A DNA stretch of 63,912 bases, from NCBI GenBank assembly GCA_012959435.1, contig DUDF01000145.1, forward strand, positions 1 to 63,912. Direction: 5' to 3'. Below the pieces are notes generated by a model. It was not told the DNA's origin and made no database searches. It saw only the letters and a program-made list of their open reading frames with translations. Origin of the DNA: Candidatus Poseidoniales archaeon (GTDB lineage: Archaea > Thermoplasmatota > Poseidoniia > Poseidoniales > Thalassarchaeaceae). The first letter of the stretch is position 1. Every line of letters starts with the position of its first letter. Position numbers and translations under genes: made by a program. This document shows positions 59,010 through 63,912 of this stretch, in pieces.

Positions 59010-59804
59010 ATGGACCAGTATCAGCATCTACTGAAACTCATCCTTCAAGAGGGTGTAGAGCGGGATGATAGAACCGGAACAGGCACAATTTCTGTGTTTG
59101 GCCATCAATCAAGATATGACCTTCGAAGAGGGTTTCCTGCAATTACCACCAAGCGGGTTCATTGGCCTAGCATCATTCACGAACTTCTTTGGTTTTTATC
59201 CGGCGACACAAACACACGCTACTTGACTGACAACAACGTTCGAATTTGGAATGAGTGGGCTGATGAAAATGGTGACCTTGGTCCGGTTTACGGCAAGCAA
59301 TGGCGTGCTTGGGAAGGAAATGATGGCCGAGTTGTTGACCAAATCAGAGAGGCAGTAGCGCAACTACGAGAAAACCCTGGCTCACGTAGAATCATTGTAT
59401 CTGCTTGGAATGTTGGGGAATTAGATGATATGGCACTAATGCCTTGTCACGCATTCTTCCAGTTCTATGTAGCCAATGGCGAATTATCTTGTCAACTTTA
59501 TCAGCGCAGTGCGGACGTATTCCTTGGAGTACCTTTCAACATCTCTTCATACAGTTTACTGACTTGTATGATGGCACAAGTTTGTGGTTTGAAACCCGGG
59601 GATTTCATTCACACTATTGGGGACGCTCACCTTTACCTAAATCACCTTGAGCAAGCAAGGGAACAGGTGGGAAGAGTACCACTAGAATTACCTCGCCTAC
59701 AACTCAATCCAGAGTGTACTGAAATTGATGATTTTTCTTATGATGATATTGAAATTGTGGATTATAATCACCATCCACATATTACTGCTCCAATTAGCGT
59801 ATGA
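59010..59804 (+). CDS. thyA: Thymidylate synthase (bacterial ThyA type)
   Basis: [31 protein letters not shown] and [14 protein letters not shown] motifs. Confidence 0.97.
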   Translation: MDQYQHLLKLILQEGVERDDRTGTGTISVFGHQSRYDLRRGFPAITTKRVHWPSIIHELLWFLSGDTNTRYLTDNNVRIWNEWADENGDLGPVYGKQWRAWEGNDGRVVDQIREAVAQLRENPGSRRIIVSAWNVGELDDMALMPCHAFFQFYVANGELSCQLYQRSADVFLGVPFNISSYSLLTCMMAQVCGLKPGDFIHTIGDAHLYLNHLEQAREQVGRVPLELPRLQLNPECTEIDDFSYDDIEIVDYNHHPHITAPISV

Positions 59805-59814
59805 GGTGACACAG

Positions 59815-60315
59815 ATGAAGTTAGGAATGATTGTAGCAATGGATGAAGATGGAGTGATCGGACGTGACGGTGTCATGCCATGGAATCTTCCGGCAGATTT
59901 GGCTCACTTCAAACGCTCAACCATGGGTTGTCCGATAATCATGGGAAGAAAAACCTACGAGGCTATTGGAAGGCCATTACCTGGTCGATTAAACGTGGTT
60001 CTCACCCGTGATATGGAATGGTTTGTTGAAGGGATTGAAATTGTTCACGATATTACAGATGCCCTAGAGGTTTCAGCAATAGATGCAGGAATAGATGGTT
60101 GGGTTTGGGTTATTGGAGGTGGTGCAATTTATGCAACCATGCTCAATCGCTGTGACCGATTACTAGTAACCCATGTTAAGGCAAAAGTTGGTGGTGGAGA
60201 TACTTGGTTCCCTTACATCAACTGGGATGACTGGGAGGAAATCACCCGTGAAACAAGAAAGGCAGATGAGAAAAATCCGTTTGATATGGCATTTGCCACC
60301 TATGAAAGACCTTAA
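59815..60315 (+). CDS. folA: Dihydrofolate reductase
   Basis: IVAM...VIG...MPW.LPADL, MGRKTY, PLPGRLNVVLT, IGGG and GDTWFP motifs. Confidence 0.96.
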   Translation: MKLGMIVAMDEDGVIGRDGVMPWNLPADLAHFKRSTMGCPIIMGRKTYEAIGRPLPGRLNVVLTRDMEWFVEGIEIVHDITDALEVSAIDAGIDGWVWVIGGGAIYATMLNRCDRLLVTHVKAKVGGGDTWFPYINWDDWEEITRETRKADEKNPFDMAFATYERP

Positions 60316-60326
60316 TTGGTGTTAGA

Positions 60327-61097
60327 ATGGAAATGAATCAACTCGTAGTTACGAACTGTGTTGAATTCATGGAAAAGATGGATGAAAACTCAGTTGACCT
60401 TACAGTCACTTCTCCACCATATGACAATCTTCGAGATTACAAAGGGTATTCATTTGATTTTGAAGGAATAGCAAAGGGGTTGTACCGTGTCACTAAGGAA
60501 GGTGGCGTTGTAGTTTGGGTTGTGGGAGACCGAACCCACAAAGGTAATCGTTCACTGACTAGTTTTCGACAAGCATTATATTTTCAAGAATTGGGATTTA
60601 ATGTACACGATATTATGATTTATCGCAAAAAAAATACACCATTTATGCGTTCTAACGCCTATACAAACTGTTACGAATTCATGCATGTATTCACCAAAGG
60701 AAAGCCAAATGCATTCAATCCCCTTACAGACCAAACCGTTCGCCAAGGTATGGAAATGATGCCTTTTAACAAAGGGGCTGACGGAGTAAACAACAAGGCA
60801 TTAGGGAAATTGAATGACGCAAAAACACGTGCAAATATTTGGGATTATGCTGTTGGGATGCATGGGACTACTAGCGATAAAATCGCATTCCAACATCCAG
60901 CTGTTTTCCCTGAAAAATTGGCTGAAGACCATATCCTCTCATGGACTAATGAAGGTGATTTGGTTTTTGACCCGATGTGTGGTTCAGGGACCACCCCTAA
61001 GATGGCTGTAAAACATGGGCGTAATTACATTGGAACTGACATTTCCGATGAATACATTGAGATTGCAAAGGAAAGAGTTAGTTCTATTCAGAAATGA
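60327..61097 (+). CDS. Beta-class N4-cytosine/N6-adenine DNA methyltransferase (orphan within the window)
   Basis: VTSPPY precedes HPAVFP and VFDPMCGSGTT (motif IV before motif I). Confidence 0.92.
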   Translation: MEMNQLVVTNCVEFMEKMDENSVDLTVTSPPYDNLRDYKGYSFDFEGIAKGLYRVTKEGGVVVWVVGDRTHKGNRSLTSFRQALYFQELGFNVHDIMIYRKKNTPFMRSNAYTNCYEFMHVFTKGKPNAFNPLTDQTVRQGMEMMPFNKGADGVNNKALGKLNDAKTRANIWDYAVGMHGTTSDKIAFQHPAVFPEKLAEDHILSWTNEGDLVFDPMCGSGTTPKMAVKHGRNYIGTDISDEYIEIAKERVSSIQK

Positions 61098-61117
61098 ATG
61101 GGATTTGCGTGGGCCCT

Positions 61118-61187
61118 TTCATTCGCCAATTCTGAATCAATGGGTGTTATGCACCAACCCTTTGCTTCTATGTTAAACAATTTGAAC
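61118..61187 (+). repeat. 70-bp palindromic direct repeat, copy 1
   Basis: 62/70 identical (manual count) to 62120-62189. Confidence 0.9.
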
Positions 61188-61219
61188 TATACATTATGCT
61201 ATTTATTTCTATAAAGTTC

Positions 61220-62005
61220 TCAATATGTTGGAATTGAGCAATTTACTGAATTTGCATTGTCATCCCATTGTAGTGTAGTCAACTTCACTCCGTTTGGTAC
61301 ATCAAAAGTCAAATTGACCATTCCAGTGGAACCAGCAACTACCTTATCTTCTCCATCTAGATCGGGCCCTTCATAGACAATTCCGTCATCACCAATGGCC
61401 CCCCAACGGTATACATGGGTCGTAAAATCAAGAAGGCCATCGTTGGTTACTGTGACGTTGAGGGTATGGTCGCCATCATCTTCTACACTAGATGCGCTAA
61501 CATTTAGCGCCACATTGAATGATTGGACAATATCATAACTTGGGATGTCAGTTGAATCAAGGAGCCATTCATAGTCAGAATCAAGGGTCTGCGAATTAAA
61601 GTTTAATGTCGTTAGCTTCACTCCGTTAGTGACATCAAATCCAAGGGATATTTCTGTAGTGGCACCAGGACTTATTTTTGAGAGCCCCTCCTTCATGCTT
61701 CCGTAATATGGTTCGCCATCATCGCCTATTGCAGACCAGTATGACGGACTGATAAATAGATCATCGGTTCCTATGTTGCTGATAGAAATAAGGAAAATAT
61801 GGCATTCTTCAAACGAATAAATTCCACAGTAACTATCAGAGTAGGGGCCTGTAACGCCAGTAACCTCAATCACCTCAAACTGATGATTAAAAGTCATGAT
61901 TTCTGAATCGTCATTACCGTCTTCAATAACAACGACACCCCCTATGCAACCAGCAAGAAACAACACGGTAACAAGAAGTATGACACTCAACTTTCTACGA
62001 ATCAT
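61220..62005 (-). CDS. Lipoprotein with two tandem DUF4352-like Ig domains
   Basis: LAGC lipobox; internal duplication W.AIGDDG..Y...FDV.NGVKLTTL. Confidence 0.78.
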   Translation of the reverse strand: MIRRKLSVILLVTVLFLAGCIGGVVVIEDGNDDSEIMTFNHQFEVIEVTGVTGPYSDSYCGIYSFEECHIFLISISNIGTDDLFISPSYWSAIGDDGEPYYGSMKEGLSKISPGATTEISLGFDVTNGVKLTTLNFNSQTLDSDYEWLLDSTDIPSYDIVQSFNVALNVSASSVEDDGDHTLNVTVTNDGLLDFTTHVYRWGAIGDDGIVYEGPDLDGEDKVVAGSTGMVNLTFDVPNGVKLTTLQWDDNANSVNCSIPTY

Positions 62006-62070
62006 ATTTGTCTCATAAACAATTTCTAATTAAATACTTTTATCGGATTGAACGAATCGGTCCCCTATGC

Positions 62071-62089
62071 TTCAAAATGAATGAATGGG
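62071..62089 (+). repeat. 19-bp inverted repeat, left arm (TTCAAAATGAATGAATGGG)
   Basis: Exact reverse complement at 63855-63873. Confidence 0.88.
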
Positions 62090-62119
62090 TAGGCAATGAA
62101 AGGGCCCACTGAAAGCCCA

Positions 62120-62189
62120 TTCATTCGCTAATTCTGAATCAAAGGGTGTTATACACTAACCCTTTGCTTCAATGCATAACAATTTGAAC
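62120..62189 (+). repeat. 70-bp palindromic direct repeat, copy 2
   Basis: Internal stem TGAATCAAAGGGT...ACCCTTTGCTTCA. Confidence 0.9.
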
Positions 62190-62274
62190 AGGGGTTCAAA
62201 TCCTAGTGAGTCTGGAATCTTGTGAGTTGAATTACAGGCGACTAATTCATTACGAAAGACGATAACACAGCCAC

Positions 62275-62583
62275 ATGGCGAACAAGAAATACGACAAAGG
62301 TAGCTGTCGAGAATTAATGCATCTATTTGTTCGTGAAAGGCCAATGTTAGAAGGCGAAATTGTTGAACTCAGTGAGATTCGTGATTGGTTTGAAATAAAT
62401 TATAGTGATATCACAGTTGGTGCGGTCGTTGCTCATGTAGCAATGATGACCGTAAATGGACAGAAAAGATACCATCATGTAGATCCAGGTGATGGGTTAG
62501 ATGACCTCTTCTACCGAGTAGATCGGGGGAAATATCGTCTGTATGTGCTAGGTGTTGATGAAGAGCCTCCGGCACGTAATTAA
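62275..62583 (+). CDS. Small winged-helix-like protein resembling DUF7669 (the N-terminal module of some endonucleases)
   Basis: EIRDWFEINY...VVAHVAMMTVNGQKRYHH...DDLFYRVDRGKYRLY pattern (from recall). Confidence 0.6.
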   Translation: MANKKYDKGSCRELMHLFVRERPMLEGEIVELSEIRDWFEINYSDITVGAVVAHVAMMTVNGQKRYHHVDPGDGLDDLFYRVDRGKYRLYVLGVDEEPPARN

Positions 62584-62654
62584 TTCTACGAGAGAAATGG
62601 ACCCTTGTGCGTCTACCCTTAGAAATTTGCTGCGGGCGCTTGGATATTATTGAA

Positions 62655-62936
62655 ATGAATAAAGTACTGCGAAGTAAAACAATTACCATGAATGGTAGTA
62701 AGTTGATGCTCAACATAGGGGGGCTATGTTTACTCGGAGGACCAATTTTCTACATCTTAGGATTAAATATGGATAAATTCTACTCTTCTGATGTTGCATG
62801 GGCTCCGGCATTAGTGTTGTGGACCATAGCTTTGATCTCAGTAATTATCGGTATTGGCTTAGTGATTGCAGGGCTTCTCATGAAACCAAAAACTGATGAC
62901 GACACAATAACAGTTGATGATGCGAAGTTAAACTGA
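62655..62936 (+). CDS. Small two-TM membrane protein
   Basis: Two hydrophobic helices; start could be 62688. Confidence 0.6.
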   Translation: MNKVLRSKTITMNGSKLMLNIGGLCLLGGPIFYILGLNMDKFYSSDVAWAPALVLWTIALISVIIGIGLVIAGLLMKPKTDDDTITVDDAKLN

Positions 62937-62976
62937 TTGAATTACTGTTCAAATCCTTGTGAGTTTGCCCTATGAG

Positions 62977-63270
62977 TCACTTTTGTTCTTGTACTAGAAT
63001 CACCTTTTCTTTGTTAAATGAACCCACTAATATTCCTAATAGCGCAAAATACCCCACTCCAATACCTATGAGAGTAATTGCACAACCGAAGAAGCAAATC
63101 GTGTGTGCTCTGGGTATCTTTCCATCCGGGGTATCACCCAGTAGCAACTCCCCCCATGGCATATATCGAAAATCGTCAAATGCATTATCAATCATCAATA
63201 TTCCAACAATTATTCCAGCAATTGAAATTAGGAGCAAAATAATGCCAATCTTCGCTGCTGTATTCACCAT
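62977..63270 (-). CDS. Small two-TM membrane protein
   Basis: Two hydrophobic helices. Confidence 0.62.
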   Translation of the reverse strand: MVNTAAKIGIILLLISIAGIIVGILMIDNAFDDFRYMPWGELLLGDTPDGKIPRAHTICFFGCAITLIGIGVGYFALLGILVGSFNKEKVILVQEQK

Positions 63271-63379
63271 ATATTATTCGGAGATTCAATACTATTTCAT
63301 GATTAACCCTGCAGTTTACGGGTTCGGACCCTTGTGAGTTGACCAAGTATACTTATGAATTACATCCTCTGGCTAATTC

Positions 63380-63763
63380 ATGGATGAGGGTGTGCCAAAT
63401 TCTGCTGCCCCAGGTCCAACTTTTTTGGGTGATATGAATTCAGTAGATGATTTTCTTAGACCACAACAAAAAAACAAGTTTGTTGAGTTTTTGATTGGAT
63501 TTTTCCTTCCATTTTCATTTTTCATTATTGTATGTTTATTGGGTTTTGTATTTCTCATTATTGCCGCATTAAATGATAATCTGGGGGCTGGCGCGATGTG
63601 GGCTTTCGTGATAGTTGGATCATTATCTCTAACAGTTATACCTCTTAAAAGCATCAACATTGCTTTTAGGTCAAGTAACACAACTACAGCACGGAGATAT
63701 GGGGCGATTAGTGTTCTTATCATATCGATTATTGTAATATTTTACATCTTCTTATGGTGGTGA
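63380..63763 (+). CDS. Small three-TM membrane protein
   Basis: Three hydrophobic helices; T-rich coding sequence. Confidence 0.62.
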   Translation: MDEGVPNSAAPGPTFLGDMNSVDDFLRPQQKNKFVEFLIGFFLPFSFFIIVCLLGFVFLIIAALNDNLGAGAMWAFVIVGSLSLTVIPLKSINIAFRSSNTTTARRYGAISVLIISIIVIFYIFLWW

Positions 63764-63854
63764 AGGGAAAATGATATCTCCTTTTTTAAACACTCTAAGA
63801 TGATGAATTAAGTATCATGTCCTTATGATCCTGAACCCCTAAAGTAAAGGGCCC

Positions 63855-63873
63855 CCCATTCATTCATTTTGAA
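63855..63873 (-). repeat. 19-bp inverted repeat, right arm (CCCATTCATTCATTTTGAA)
   Basis: Exact reverse complement of 62071-62089. Confidence 0.88.
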
Positions 63874-63912
63874 TAAAAGGGTACCCTAGTAATCATGAAA
63901 AATCACTCACTT

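Noticed and set aside
62190..62204. GGGGTTCAAATCC as a tRNA T-arm remnant (attR)
   Set aside because: The flanks do not match the 3' half of any tRNA in the window and no cloverleaf forms. It is better explained as the boundary motif.

Overview
Gene-dense archaeal chromosome segment, most consistent with marine Thermoplasmatota (Marine Group II, Ca. Poseidoniales). This placement is inferred from the mix of archaeal core genes (Cbf5, aCPSF1, proteasome beta, Rpo11, aEF-1beta, SepF-ZPR1, DGGGP synthase, GPN GTPase), bacterial-type genes (thyA-folA, PlsC-like acyltransferase, ribA), two MMPL transporters and giant surface proteins. RNA genes are four tRNAs (Glu-CTC, His-GTG, Lys-CTT, Pro-TGG) and the RNase P RNA. 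Main highlights: (1) A paired TTCACTTTCA box precedes three unlinked genes (a DUF3860-like gene, an OB-fold SSB-like gene and an unknown 88-aa protein) in the same orientation and geometry, suggesting a DNA-damage regulon. (2) A lipoprotein copper nitrite reductase (NirK) with an extra N-terminal cupredoxin domain, missed by the ORF track, lies next to a tRNA 3' end and is preceded by a perfect CGAA-N4-TTCG palindrome. (3) The right-hand variable region has small cargo genes separated by a mosaic of shared direct and inverted repeats, resembling a cassette array or invertible segment. Also present: a frameshifted SGNH esterase, an arginine decarboxylase homolog lacking the pyruvoyl-forming serine, a polyproline/Ig-like scaffold protein and candidate microproteins. 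All family calls come from motif recognition by eye; no searches were run.
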